Shown one piece after another: positions 1 through 9,616 of a stretch of 64,000 bases of DNA (its first letter is position 1; each line of letters begins with the position of its first letter). Under the pieces are notes generated by a model. It did no database searches, was not told the origin of the DNA, and saw nothing but the letters and a program-made list of their open reading frames with translations. The position numbers and the translations under genes were made by a program. The stretch is taken from the NCBI GenBank assembly GCA_963674755.2, contig CAXXVS010000003.1, positions 224,001 through 288,000 on the forward strand. Direction: 5' to 3'. Origin of the DNA: Desulfobacterales bacterium (GTDB taxonomy: Bacteria; Desulfobacterota; Desulfobacteria; Desulfobacterales; UBA5852).

Positions 1-770
1 TCCTGGACCGGATGACGGCGCTGGTGCCGGACAAGGAGGCCGCCATCGTGGTTTACGGTTCCCGTGCCGGAACCCTGGACGCCGAGTCCGCGGCCGGCAA
101 GCTGCTGCGGGCCGGCTACACCCGGGTAGCGGTCCTGGAGGGCGGCCTGGCGGCCTGGCACGCAGCCGGCTATCCCCTGGAGGGCACAGCGCCTGACGAC
201 CTTGCCGCGTCCCCTCATGCACCGGTTATCGACAAGCGGCGCTACACCGTGGATACGGCCAACAGCATCATCCATTGGGTGGGGCGCAACCCCAACACCC
301 AGCACACCGGCAGTCTGCGCCTCTTCGAGGGGTTCCTGGATACGCGGGCGGAGGGTGTCAGCGGCCGGTTCGTCATCGACCTGGCCTCCATCAGGAACAC
401 CAGCCTTGAGGGGGACCCGAATCAGCCCGTCCTGATCGCCCACCTGCTCTCGGACGACTTTTTCTGGATCGAGCGTTTCCCTACGGCCACCTTCAGGCTG
501 GAAGGCCTCACCCCTATTGCCGAAGGCCATCTCACCACCCCCAATTTCACGGTGAGCGGCTCACTGGAAATGATGGGCCTGCGCGCGCCGTTGCAGTTCC
601 CGGCCACGTTCACCACGTTGCCGGACCAGCGACTGGCCGCGGAAGCCCATTTCGACTTCGACCGCACCCGCTGGAACATTGTCTACGGTTCCAGCCGCTT
701 TTTCGACCACCTGGGGATGCACCTGGTGTTCGACCTCATCAGCGTGCAGCTCAAGCTGCTGAGCCTGTAA
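1..770 (+). CDS. Rhodanese-YceI fusion protein (5' end probably outside the window)
   Basis: Rhodanese C-terminal motif LLRAGY..V.VLEGGLAAW is followed by a YceI domain (YTVDTANS.IHW.G, HLLSDDFF..E.FPTATF, FDRTRWNIVYGS). Confidence 0.85.
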   Translation, partial: LDRMTALVPDKEAAIVVYGSRAGTLDAESAAGKLLRAGYTRVAVLEGGLAAWHAAGYPLEGTAPDDLAASPHAPVIDKRRYTVDTANSIIHWVGRNPNTQHTGSLRLFEGFLDTRAEGVSGRFVIDLASIRNTSLEGDPNQPVLIAHLLSDDFFWIERFPTATFRLEGLTPIAEGHLTTPNFTVSGSLEMMGLRAPLQFPATFTTLPDQRLAAEAHFDFDRTRWNIVYGSSRFFDHLGMHLVFDLISVQLKLLSL

Positions 771-857
771 AGGTTGCCAAGCCCCCTCTCGTGGCTATGT
801 TGCCATGAAGCAGGGACAAGGTCCCTATTAACCTCAACCCACAACAAGGATAACACC

Positions 858-992
858 ATGGAAAAACCATACGCACAGGACTACTTCAAAGACGACGACG
901 AAGGTCATGCCGATACCCGCGAACAAAACTTCCGCTGCGAAAGCCCCGACCCCCATCTGGGATGCGATCCGGGAATCGACGTGGCGGGATGA
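858..992 (+). CDS. Small acidic protein, 44 aa (MEKPYAQDYF...CESPDPHLGCDPGIDVAG)
   Basis: ATG at 858 preceded by AAGGA. It is followed by a second small ORF and an intrinsic terminator. Confidence 0.6.
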   Translation: MEKPYAQDYFKDDDEGHADTREQNFRCESPDPHLGCDPGIDVAG

Positions 993-1010
993 AACCCCAG
1001 GAGGTGCCTT

Positions 1011-1103
1011 ATGATAGGAATTTTGCTGACCATCGCGATCCTTGGGTATTATATCAACAGCTGCATCAGCAGCGTTCATTCATATGCCGCCTGCAAGATC
1101 TGA
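1011..1103 (+). CDS. Small hydrophobic protein, 30 aa (MIGILLTIAILGYYINSCISSVHSYAACKI)
   Basis: Strong AGGAGGT RBS just before the ATG at 1011, TGA at 1101-1103, and an N-terminal hydrophobic helix. Below the ORF-track cutoff. Confidence 0.55.
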   Translation: MIGILLTIAILGYYINSCISSVHSYAACKI

Positions 1104-1198
1104 GACAGCCGCGCGGCAATTCTGCACCTATTAAACGACGGCCCCGTTGACCAGAACGAAAGGGCCTCCCACAAGCTGACCCGGAAATGAAAAACAGC

Positions 1199-1228
1199 GG
1201 CAGAGCCTCAAAGAGGCTCTGCCTTTTT
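1199..1228 (+). terminator. Rho-independent terminator
   Basis: GGCAGAGCCTC-AAA-GAGGCTCTGCC is a perfect 11-bp stem followed by TTTTT. Confidence 0.8.
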
Positions 1229-1368
1229 AGTGTTTGCTTCTGTATTTCTTCCCATTTCTCGTTTTCGACCCCGGAGTTGACCTCACGGATCATCTGTCAT
1301 AGGATCGCCTCTTTTTCATTTTCCGGCGGTGCCGGAACAGACCGCGATCAAACATGAGGAGGTAGTTC

Positions 1369-1938
1369 ATGGTAGCATCCAAGGTGGGCCCGCGGATGGC
1401 GAAGTACATGGCCCAGAACGACATTTCCATGGAAACCCTGGCCGAACGCACCGGCCTGTCCATCACCCTACTGACATCCATCCGGGATGACGAGGTCTAC
1501 CCTTCGCTGGGCCCCCTGGTGAAAATCGCCCGGGCTTTGGGCGTGCGGCTGGGCACCTTTCTCGACGACCAGGGCAGCGTCGATCCCCTGATCGTGCGCC
1601 GCAGCGACCGCCGCAGCGCGCTCTCCACCCTGCGGGCCAAGGACAAACCCATTGAAACCAAATTCTACTCCCTCGGGCGAGGCAAGACCGACCGTCACAT
1701 GGAGCCTTTCTTCGTAGAGCTGCTGCCCGAATCCGCGCAAGAAAAAGAGCTCTCCAGCCATGAAGGCGAGGAATTCATCGTCGTAATGGAAGGCCAGGTG
1801 GAAGTGGTCTACGGCAAGGAAACCCATCGGCTCGATGTGGGCGACAGCATCTACTACAACTCCATCGTGCCCCATCATGTGGGCTGCATCGACGAAACCC
1901 CTGCTGCCATCTATGCCGTCCTGTACATCCCTGAATAA
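1369..1938 (+). CDS. XRE-family HTH + cupin transcriptional regulator
   Basis: N-terminal HTH (LAERTGLS...[15 protein letters not shown]), C-terminal cupin (SSHEGEEF...[12 protein letters not shown]), GAGGAGG RBS. Confidence 0.92.
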   Translation: MVASKVGPRMAKYMAQNDISMETLAERTGLSITLLTSIRDDEVYPSLGPLVKIARALGVRLGTFLDDQGSVDPLIVRRSDRRSALSTLRAKDKPIETKFYSLGRGKTDRHMEPFFVELLPESAQEKELSSHEGEEFIVVMEGQVEVVYGKETHRLDVGDSIYYNSIVPHHVGCIDETPAAIYAVLYIPE

Positions 1939-1954
1939 CAGCCAAGAGGATCCG

Positions 1955-3607
1955 ATGACTGAACACGATCTGAAACAGGCCACCCTGGGCCTACTGCTCG
2001 ACCAGGCCATTGCCGCCCATCCCGACAACGATGCCGTCATCTATGTGGACCGCAATTTCCGCCTCACCTATCGCGAGTTCGGCGAGCTGGTGGACCGCCT
2101 GGCCAAGGGACTCATGGCCCTGGGCGTGGTCCGGGGCGAGAAAGTGGCCGTGTGGGCCACCAACGTGCCCTACTGGGTGGCCCTGCAATTCGCCACAGCC
2201 AAGATCGGCGCCATCCTGCTGACCGTCAACACCAACTACAAGAGCGCCGAACTGGACTACCTGCTGCGCCAATCGGAAACCGAAACCCTTTTCATCATCG
2301 ACGGTTTCCGGGACACCGACTACGTCCAGACCCTCTACGAACTCGTGCCGGAGCTCAAGGCCCAGGAGCGCGGCTATCTCAAGAGCGAGACCTATCCGCA
2401 CTTGAAGCGGGTGGCCTTCCTGGGGCCGGAAAAGCACCGGGGCATGTATGCCATGCCCGAGATTATGGCCCTGGGCGTCATGGTGGACGACGCCGACTAT
2501 CTTGCGCGTCAGGAGAGCCTCGATCCCCACGAGGTGGTCAACATGCAGTACACCTCGGGCACCACCGGGTTTCCCAAGGGGGTCATGCTGACCCACTACA
2601 ATATCGGCAACAACGGGTTTTGGATCGGCGAGAACCAGCACTTCACCCATAATGACCGGGTCTGCATTCCGGTGCCGCTCTTCCACTGCTTCGGCTGCGT
2701 CCTGGGCGTGCTGGCCGCTGTCAGCCATGCGGCCACCATGGTGCTGCTGGAAACCTTCGATCCGGTGGAAGTCATGGCCTCGGTGGAGGAGGAGCGCTGC
2801 ACCGCCCTCTACGGCGTGCCCACCATGTTCATCGCGGCGCTCCAGCACAAACTCTTCAGGAAATTCGACTTCTCATCGCTGCGCACCGGCATCATGGCCG
2901 GCTCGCCCTGTCCCATCGAAGTCATGCGCCAGGTGATCGACCAGATGAACATGTCCGAAATCACCATCTGCTACGGCCTCACCGAAGCCTCGCCCGTGAT
3001 CACCCAGACCCGCCCGGACGACGACATCCGCCTGCGGGTGGAATCCGTGGGCCGCGCCATGCCGGGCATCGAGGTCAGGATCGTCGATCCCGATACCGGC
3101 GCAATCCTGGGACCGGGCGAACAGGGTGAAGTCTGCTGCCGGGGCTACAACGTGATGAAGGGCTACTACAACATGCCCGAAGCCACGGCCGAGGCCATCG
3201 ACGCCGACGGCTGGCTGCACTCGGGGGACCTGGGCGTCATGGACGAAGACGGCTACCTGGCCATCACCGGCCGCCACAAGGACATGATCATCCGGGGCGG
3301 GGAAAACATCTACCCCCGGGAGATCGAAGAGTTCTTATATCGTATGGAAGGCATCGCCGACGTTCAGGTGGCGGGCGTGCCCAGCGAAAAGTACGGCGAA
3401 GAGGTGGGGGCTTTCGTTATCCTAAAGGAAGGCCAGGAGGCCTACCAGCCCGAGGACATCAAGGACTTCTGCCGGGGTCAGATCAGCCACTACAAGATCC
3501 CCAAGTACGTGGCCTTCGTGAAGGACTATCCCATGACGGCCAGCGGGAAGATTCAGAAGTATAAGCTGCGGGAGATGGCGGAGACGCTGTTCCCCGACCG
3601 AATATAG
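1955..3607 (+). CDS. AMP-binding acyl-CoA synthetase
   Basis: Motifs [32 protein letters not shown] and TASGKIQK. Start moved to the ATG at 1955 after AGAGGA. Confidence 0.93.
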   Translation: MTEHDLKQATLGLLLDQAIAAHPDNDAVIYVDRNFRLTYREFGELVDRLAKGLMALGVVRGEKVAVWATNVPYWVALQFATAKIGAILLTVNTNYKSAELDYLLRQSETETLFIIDGFRDTDYVQTLYELVPELKAQERGYLKSETYPHLKRVAFLGPEKHRGMYAMPEIMALGVMVDDADYLARQESLDPHEVVNMQYTSGTTGFPKGVMLTHYNIGNNGFWIGENQHFTHNDRVCIPVPLFHCFGCVLGVLAAVSHAATMVLLETFDPVEVMASVEEERCTALYGVPTMFIAALQHKLFRKFDFSSLRTGIMAGSPCPIEVMRQVIDQMNMSEITICYGLTEASPVITQTRPDDDIRLRVESVGRAMPGIEVRIVDPDTGAILGPGEQGEVCCRGYNVMKGYYNMPEATAEAIDADGWLHSGDLGVMDEDGYLAITGRHKDMIIRGGENIYPREIEEFLYRMEGIADVQVAGVPSEKYGEEVGAFVILKEGQEAYQPEDIKDFCRGQISHYKIPKYVAFVKDYPMTASGKIQKYKLREMAETLFPDRI

Positions 3608-3613
3608 AAGCCG

Positions 3614-3743
3614 GGCGGTTTCGCAAAAAACCCGATATCGGCGTTACGCGAATCTTTCGTCATTGCAGCGTACCTGGCGTACGCTTCACTCCTCAAGATT
3701 CGCAAGCCTTGATCTGGAGCCAAAATCCAATTTTTGAGGCCGC
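3614..3743. repeat. Degenerate copy of a ~125-bp palindromic intergenic element (MITE/REP-like)
   Basis: Aligns by eye with the reverse complement of 3756-3879 (shared cggtttcg..aaa, tcggcgtt, gcgtacctg..gtacgc.tcac.cctca, gccttga). The right end is decayed. Confidence 0.65.
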
Positions 3744-3755
3744 TTCTGAAAGCAA

Positions 3756-3879
3756 GACGGTTTCGTCAAATGTTCAAGGTCAAGGCGTGCAAGTTCTGAG
3801 GCGTGAGGCGTACATCAGGTACGCCGCAACAACGAAGAAGGCCGCACAACGCCGAGATTGAGCATTTGACGAAACCGTC
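3756..3879. mobile_element. Miniature inverted-repeat element, 124 bp
   Basis: Terminal inverted repeats GACGGTTTCGTCAAATGTTCAA / TTGAGCATTTGACGAAACCGTC (21/22 match) and an internal hairpin GGCGTAC-atcag-GTACGCC. No coding capacity. Confidence 0.75.
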
Positions 3880-3883
3880 GGAT

Positions 3884-4051
3884 CTATCGATAGCGTTCCA
3901 CCAGCTTGTCACGCTCCTCGTCCGGCAAAGATCTCAAATATCCCTTCCAGCCGGGACACCAACCCGTGTGCCATTTCCAGAGGCGGCCCAGGATGGAGCG
4001 CGGGTTTTGGTCGTATTTGGCGCGGAATTGACATTTTTCGCATTTGGCCAT
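3884..4051 (-). CDS. Small Cys/His/Trp-rich protein, 55 aa (MAKCEKCQFRAKYDQNPRSILGRLWKWHTGWCPGWKGYLRSLPDEERDKLVERYR)
   Basis: ATG at 4051 with a GGGGAG RBS and TAG at 3884-3886. CxxC...HxxxC pattern. Missed by the ORF track. Confidence 0.75.
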   Translation of the reverse strand: MAKCEKCQFRAKYDQNPRSILGRLWKWHTGWCPGWKGYLRSLPDEERDKLVERYR

Positions 4052-4213
4052 GGTAACAAGACTCCCCGATATACGTTGGTTTTATGGCGAGACATCACCT
4101 TCCTGCCCCTGCCCCCTACCACCCCCATATTAGCTTTTTGATAGGAATGTCATCAACAGCCCAAAGTGGCGCCCGAATAGGACCCACCACCCCTTATGGT
4201 GCGGGGATGTCGA

Positions 4214-6718
4214 TCACCGCGGCCCGCTGCGGTTGATCTTCAGGATCACCAGCGTAATGTCGTCATCGGACTTGCGGCCGCGCGTGAAATTCATGACATC
4301 GCGGTAGACGGCATCGAGGATATCCCTGGCCGGGGCGCTGGCATGCCGGCGCAGCAGCTCCCGGAAACGCCTTTTGCCGTACATTTGCCCATCCTTGCTG
4401 AACGCCTCCCATATGCCGTCGGTTCCCACGGCCACCACCTGGCCATCTTTCAGCCCTTCTTTATGACTTTCCTCGAAAACATAGTTCGCATCAACACCCA
4501 GGACCATGCCTGGCCCGTCTAATTCCTCGAAGATATCCTGTTCCGGATCATACAGAAGCGCGGGGTCGTGGCCGGCCCGAACCCAGTGAAGGGCATCCCC
4601 GGCCGGATCGACCACCAGATAGAAAAGCGTCATGAAGCGGCCGCTGTCCAGTACGTCCTGGACCATCTGAACGTTCATGGCCGCTACGATTTCCGATACC
4701 GTGCCGGGTTGGGAAACCCGCATGTGTAAAAAGGCGCGGGCCGAGGACATGAGCAGGGCCGAGTCGACACCGTGTCCCGTAATGTCGCCGACCACGATGC
4801 CGAACGGCTCCTGGGGCGATTCACGACGCCAGAAGAAGTCAAAGTAATCGCCGCCGATCTCGTCGCAGGAGACATTCCGGCCGGCAACATCGAAGCCCGG
4901 GATGGCCGGGTCCTTCTGGGGCAGGAGGCTTTTCTGGACCTCGCCGGCCAGGGCCAGCGCCTTTTTGTGTTCGGTCATATCCGTTACAAGGGCCATATTG
5001 CCGATAACGGCCCCGGCATCGTCCTTCAGCCGGTTGCCGTGAATCAGGATGGGCACATGGCGGCCGTCCTTACGCACCAGTACGCTTTCGAGGCTGCGGT
5101 ATTCCGGTTCCAACAGCTTTTCCTGCCCCGCCAACAGGATCTGCCGGTATTCCTCCGTAGTGAAATCAAGCGGATTACGACCCAGCAGCTCCTCCCGCGT
5201 GTAACCCAGCAGACGGCAATAGGCCTCGTTGACGTCCACGATGGTGAGGTGCTCGTCCGTCAGGACAAAGCCCTCGCCGGCCGTTTCGACGATTCGGCGG
5301 TATTTTTCCTCGCTTTTGCGCAGGGCGGCGTCCTTTTGCAAAATTTCGAGCCGGGCTTCTTCCACCTCCCCGATGATGGTGCGGTGCATGGCGGCGTTGA
5401 GGTCCTTGAGCGCCTCGATCCGCTTACGGTAGGCCTCGGAGCGTTCCAATTTATGCTTCAGATAGGCATTCTCCGTGGCCAGCGCTTCCCGACCGGGCAA
5501 CGCCTGGGTTCCGACGGCAATAACGTCGGACGTGTCCGCGGCGGCCCCGGCTGAAAGGGGGGCGTCGTCCTTCTGACCCACCAGCAGCGTTACCAGGGTG
5601 GCACCGTGCAGCCGCGTGGGCTGGCGGCGTTCGAGGGGGGCGATTTCGCCAAAGCTGTAGAAACCGCCGATTGGCAGCCCCGGCGGGAGAACGTCGCGTA
5701 AAATCGCCAATTCCTCCGGGGTGCGCGTGCCCAGAATATCCTTGCGAAAGGCACACGAGAACGCCACGCCGAACCGTGGTTGAAAGGCAAGATCACGCGT
5801 CAGGGCTTCGGCGGTGCGACGGGTATCCTGTAATATGACGTCGCGGATCGCCTCTGTCAGTTGCACCACAGCGCCCTGGGGAACGGTTTCGGAGAAGGTA
5901 ATGCTGCCATCCGGATTGTAGGTGATGGGCGCCCGCAGGTAAGCCTGGGCCCCTTCGCCCTCGGACACCGCCAGGATGAACTCACGGGCCGGTTCGGTAT
6001 GTTCGCCCAGATAGTGCCGGTAGAAATCGACAGCCGTCATCGATCCGATGCGACCTACGGTGCGGCCTTGGGAGGCCGTGACGGTCGCCTTCTTCCCGAC
6101 CGGTTTCCAGCTGTTGGCAATGCCAAAAGCGTACTCGACGGGTCCGGCCCAGAGCAGCAGCGGCAACGCGTCTTCCAGGACTTCGTTGCGGTAAAACTGC
6201 TTGGCGTTCTGCTCTTCGGTCCACAGCATCCCGGCCGCCCCCCCGAAAACCGGGCAATCAAGTCCCAGCTCCTGGTTGAGGATCGTCAGGATGGGATCGA
6301 AATGCTTGTCGTAGCCGTCCGGAAAGGCCAGACCGAACTGCGGTTCGCCCGACAGCCTGTCGCGGGCCTGGGCCACGGCCGACCGGACTGCGTCCTCCGG
6401 CGCCTGCGTCAAATGGCGTCCGACACCGGCGCGGATCTCCACGTCATCGGATTGAAACAGCATCAGGGTGACGGCATCGTCGCTGAAGCCCAGGCGGGTG
6501 GCAAAATCGCCAGCGCTGGTGCAGCCCACCAGATCGAGATCCGGAAAGGCCTGCAGGATGCTGTCCAGCATCAACTGATGGTCAAAATGGACGGCCGCGA
6601 ACACGATCCCGGCGCCCGGCCTAACACCGCCAAGTTGGGCGCGGCATTGGGTCAGCACGTCCCGAACGACGTTCCGGGTGTCAATTCCTTCGGCCTGACC
6701 GATGGCAATCGTAATCAT
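4214..6718 (-). CDS. FIST(N+C)-PAS-SpoIIE (PP2C) serine phosphatase
   Basis: FIST motifs (LVGCTSAG, PVFGGAAG, FSCAFR, GFYSFGEI), a PAS domain, and SpoIIE motifs (IGGDYFDF, VGDITGHG, AGHDP, GTDGIWEA, DDITL). Start taken at MITIAIG. Confidence 0.9.
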   Translation of the reverse strand: MITIAIGQAEGIDTRNVVRDVLTQCRAQLGGVRPGAGIVFAAVHFDHQLMLDSILQAFPDLDLVGCTSAGDFATRLGFSDDAVTLMLFQSDDVEIRAGVGRHLTQAPEDAVRSAVAQARDRLSGEPQFGLAFPDGYDKHFDPILTILNQELGLDCPVFGGAAGMLWTEEQNAKQFYRNEVLEDALPLLLWAGPVEYAFGIANSWKPVGKKATVTASQGRTVGRIGSMTAVDFYRHYLGEHTEPAREFILAVSEGEGAQAYLRAPITYNPDGSITFSETVPQGAVVQLTEAIRDVILQDTRRTAEALTRDLAFQPRFGVAFSCAFRKDILGTRTPEELAILRDVLPPGLPIGGFYSFGEIAPLERRQPTRLHGATLVTLLVGQKDDAPLSAGAAADTSDVIAVGTQALPGREALATENAYLKHKLERSEAYRKRIEALKDLNAAMHRTIIGEVEEARLEILQKDAALRKSEEKYRRIVETAGEGFVLTDEHLTIVDVNEAYCRLLGYTREELLGRNPLDFTTEEYRQILLAGQEKLLEPEYRSLESVLVRKDGRHVPILIHGNRLKDDAGAVIGNMALVTDMTEHKKALALAGEVQKSLLPQKDPAIPGFDVAGRNVSCDEIGGDYFDFFWRRESPQEPFGIVVGDITGHGVDSALLMSSARAFLHMRVSQPGTVSEIVAAMNVQMVQDVLDSGRFMTLFYLVVDPAGDALHWVRAGHDPALLYDPEQDIFEELDGPGMVLGVDANYVFEESHKEGLKDGQVVAVGTDGIWEAFSKDGQMYGKRRFRELLRRHASAPARDILDAVYRDVMNFTRGRKSDDDITLVILKINRSGPR

Positions 6719-7014
6719 GGGACGGTTCCTTGGGATTGGGAGGGCCACACCTTCGGCGGCGGCCGTCTCGGCAACGGACAGCGGCCGCCGCATCGGATAC
6801 CGAGCTGCTGTTGCACCAGGCCCCCTAAAGGGCTTAAAAACCAAAAATATTACTCGAATAGGGTAAGTCGTAGCGTCCTGCAAGTAAAGAGGCAGCCATC
6901 ACCACACCCCCATACTGGCATTTCGATAGCGATGTCGCCAGGAGCCCAAAACGGCACCATATTCAGCAGAATGTGTGATTATTAATCTATAGCGTTTCAA
7001 CCGGAGGAAATCCT

Positions 7015-7407
7015 ATGAGTTCAGCCGTCAGCAGGCCTCCCGCGGCAGAGCCCGCGCGGGCATTAAAACATTTCACAAGCTTGCTCGAATTCGAAACCGA
7101 TTGCTGGGATGTTCACCACGCCATCACCAATGATCGAAAAGACTTTGTTCTGCTGGATGTCCGTGGTGAGGCGCTTTATGCGCGGGGCCACATCGAAGGC
7201 GCCATCATCCTGCCGCACCCACGGATCAATGCCGATACCCTCAAAGAATATCCACCCGATACGCTGTTTGTGGTCTATTGCGCCGGCCCCCACTGCAATG
7301 GTGCCGATAAGGCCGCCGTTCGCCTGGCCAAACTCGGGCGGCCGGTGAAAAAGATGATTGGCGGTGTAACGGGCTGGCTTGATGAAGGTTTCAGCCTGAC
7401 CCCATAG
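7015..7407 (+). CDS. Rhodanese-like sulfurtransferase
   Basis: LLDVR..Y.RGHIEGA, active-site loop YCAGPHC, MIGGVTGW, GGAGG RBS. Confidence 0.92.
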   Translation: MSSAVSRPPAAEPARALKHFTSLLEFETDCWDVHHAITNDRKDFVLLDVRGEALYARGHIEGAIILPHPRINADTLKEYPPDTLFVVYCAGPHCNGADKAAVRLAKLGRPVKKMIGGVTGWLDEGFSLTP

Positions 7408-7580
7408 AGTCCTTATCTATCCGAGGGACATATATCGCTTGTACACCAAAAGGGGGCGCCGGAAGACCTCTAAACCAGACTGGCCGGACGGGAAGCCCCG
7501 CGTAGCAGGAAAATCCCCGTCCCCGGCCGTCCTCCCATTTCCTTATTCCGATACCCATGACTTGGACCGGGAAAGGCCTT

Positions 7581-8894
7581 TCATGGGGTGCATTTATCGC
7601 CCGCAATATCCTTATTGAACACCTCCATCCCCTTTTTCATGGCGCAAAAATCCCCGCACATGGTGCATGTTTCGGCTTGCTCCGGCTGACGGCTGTCACG
7701 GATCGCCTGGGCCGCTTCCGGGAAGAGCAAAAGGTCCTGGAGATCGTCCCAGCGCATATCCCGGCGGGCCATGGCCGCCTGGCGGTCGCAATCCCGTCGC
7801 TGGGGATATTTGCTCAGGTCGCCGATATGCACGGCCAGCCGGGTGACCCGGACGCCTTCGCGCACATCGGCTTCGGTGGGCAGGGCCAGGTGCTCGGCCG
7901 GGGTGATGTAACAGATCAGATCGGCCCCGTGCCGCGCCGAGGCAGCCGCGCCGATGGCGGCTGTGACATGGTCGTAACCAGCCCCCAGGTCCGTCGGGAT
8001 CGGACCCAGCATATAGTAGGGAGCGCCCCCGCTCATGCGCTTTTCAAGCATGATGTTGCCGGCGATTTCGTCCAAGGGAACGTGTCCCGGGCCCTCGACC
8101 ATGGTCTGGCAGCCCATCTCGCGCCCGATCTCAGCCAGTTCGCAGTTGATGATCATCTCGGCCATCTGGGCGCGGTCGTGGCTGTCATGGATGGCGCCCG
8201 CCCGAATGCCGTTGCCCAGGGAAAGCACGGCGTCGTATTGCTTCATCAGGTTGCAGACCCGGTCGAACTGCTCGTAGAGGGGATTCTCTTTTTTGTTCAT
8301 GTCCATCCAGGCCACCATGAAGGTCCCGCCCTTGGAGGCGAGACCCCCATAGCGAAACCCCTGTTTGCGCAGTCGTCGGATGGTGTACTGGTTAATGCCG
8401 CAGTGGATGGCCATGAAACTCAGGCCGTCGGCCAATTGCTTTTCGATGAGGTCGAAGAGGTATTCGGGGTCCATCTTGGCGGGGTTGCGGGTTTTGCGGA
8501 TCGTTTCTTTGAAAGCCTGGTAGAGGGGGACGTTGCCCACCGGCCGGGATGTGGCGGCCAGCACCGCACGCCGCACGGTATCCAAATCACCTCCGGCGGA
8601 CAGTTCCATGAGGGTGTCGGCCCCCTCCTCCTCGGCAGCGAGGGCTTTGCGCACCTCCTGATCGATGTCGCAGATATCCGACGAGGTGCCGATCGACGCG
8701 TTGACCTTGGTCCGCAGGCCGCGGCCGATGCCGACCGCTTTCTGTCCCTTGCGAAAGGGGTTGTTGGGGATCACGATCCGGCCTTGGGCAACCCGCCTGC
8801 GGATGATGTCCGCATCGATCTTTTCATCATCCGCCACGGATTGCATCTGGGGGCTGATAACGCCTTCTTTAGCCAATTCGATCTGTGTCTTCAT
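7581..8894 (-). CDS. bzaF: ThiC-family radical SAM enzyme, BzaF type (5-hydroxybenzimidazole synthase)
   Basis: ThiC-family motifs (TKVNASIGTS, EGPGHVP, YITPAEHL, C-terminal CTMCGDFC). It lies behind a cobalamin riboswitch rather than a TPP riboswitch. AGGAGG RBS before MKTQ. Confidence 0.8.
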   Translation of the reverse strand: MKTQIELAKEGVISPQMQSVADDEKIDADIIRRRVAQGRIVIPNNPFRKGQKAVGIGRGLRTKVNASIGTSSDICDIDQEVRKALAAEEEGADTLMELSAGGDLDTVRRAVLAATSRPVGNVPLYQAFKETIRKTRNPAKMDPEYLFDLIEKQLADGLSFMAIHCGINQYTIRRLRKQGFRYGGLASKGGTFMVAWMDMNKKENPLYEQFDRVCNLMKQYDAVLSLGNGIRAGAIHDSHDRAQMAEMIINCELAEIGREMGCQTMVEGPGHVPLDEIAGNIMLEKRMSGGAPYYMLGPIPTDLGAGYDHVTAAIGAAASARHGADLICYITPAEHLALPTEADVREGVRVTRLAVHIGDLSKYPQRRDCDRQAAMARRDMRWDDLQDLLLFPEAAQAIRDSRQPEQAETCTMCGDFCAMKKGMEVFNKDIAGDKCTP

Positions 8895-8949
8895 GGGATG
8901 TCCTCCTTTTGGGCTCGGAACGGGGCGCCGGGCGGGTTTGCCGCCCCAC

Positions 8950-8992
8950 AAAAAAACCCCGGACCGAAAATGAATTTTCAGCCTGGGGTTTT
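8950..8992 (-). terminator. Riboswitch expression-platform terminator
   Basis: Minus strand reads AAAACCCCAGGCTGAAAA-TTCA-TTTTCGGTCCGGGG-TTTTTTT, between the aptamer and the start codon. Confidence 0.75.
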
Positions 8993-9014
8993 GCCATCAC
9001 CACCAAGACACATC

Positions 9015-9197
9015 GCTCCACGGCAGGTCTTCTGACTTGCGGATCGCTCTACCGGCTGCGCCTTCCCGCATCGTTTCGGACAATTTCACACGATGCAGTG
9101 GCTGCTGCAGCCCTCGTCCCCGCTCACAGCGACGGGTTCGTCCCGGACTTGCACCGGGTTCCCTATTATCCTTTAAACGTAAAAGGCACCGTGAAGC
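9015..9197 (-). ncRNA. Cobalamin (AdoCbl) riboswitch
   Basis: Minus strand has AATAGGGAA-CCCGGTGCAAGTCCGGG, CCC..CGCTGT, GCCACTG, GGGAAGGC and the B12 box AGTCAGAAGACCTGCC. P1 is GCTTCACGG/CCGTGGAGC. Confidence 0.95.
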
Positions 9198-9616
9198 ATC
9201 ATTGAATTTGGACGCCAAACTGTGATGAAAGACGGGGGCTTGTCAATGGTTTTTTTGACCGCCTGGTGTGGAGCGATTATCTGAAAAGGCAGAATTGAAA
9301 AGTGAATCAGACCTTTTGCGAAAGGCTGCTACGCGGGGAGCGTCTACGTGGCCTTGGCAGCAAGGTACTCTATGATCTTACTTTCAATAGCAAAATCGCA
9401 GTAATAAGAGCCACTATGCAATTTTAAGGCTAATTGCAACTACTATCAGTAGATTGGCTTGGGGCGACCTGTCTCCCAGGTCGAAGATCTAACGGACAAC
9501 CAAATAGGCCTTCCAATTAGATTGCACCCTAAAAAACAGCTCGGACGGATCCGGCCGTCAAAAGCAACAAACCTTCATAGGTCATTTTGAGGGTTATCGG
9601 GATGCAGTCAGTCCGA

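Noticed and set aside
7581..8894. Annotation as thiamine biosynthesis thiC
   Set aside because: The upstream element is a cobalamin riboswitch, not a TPP riboswitch, which favours BzaF.
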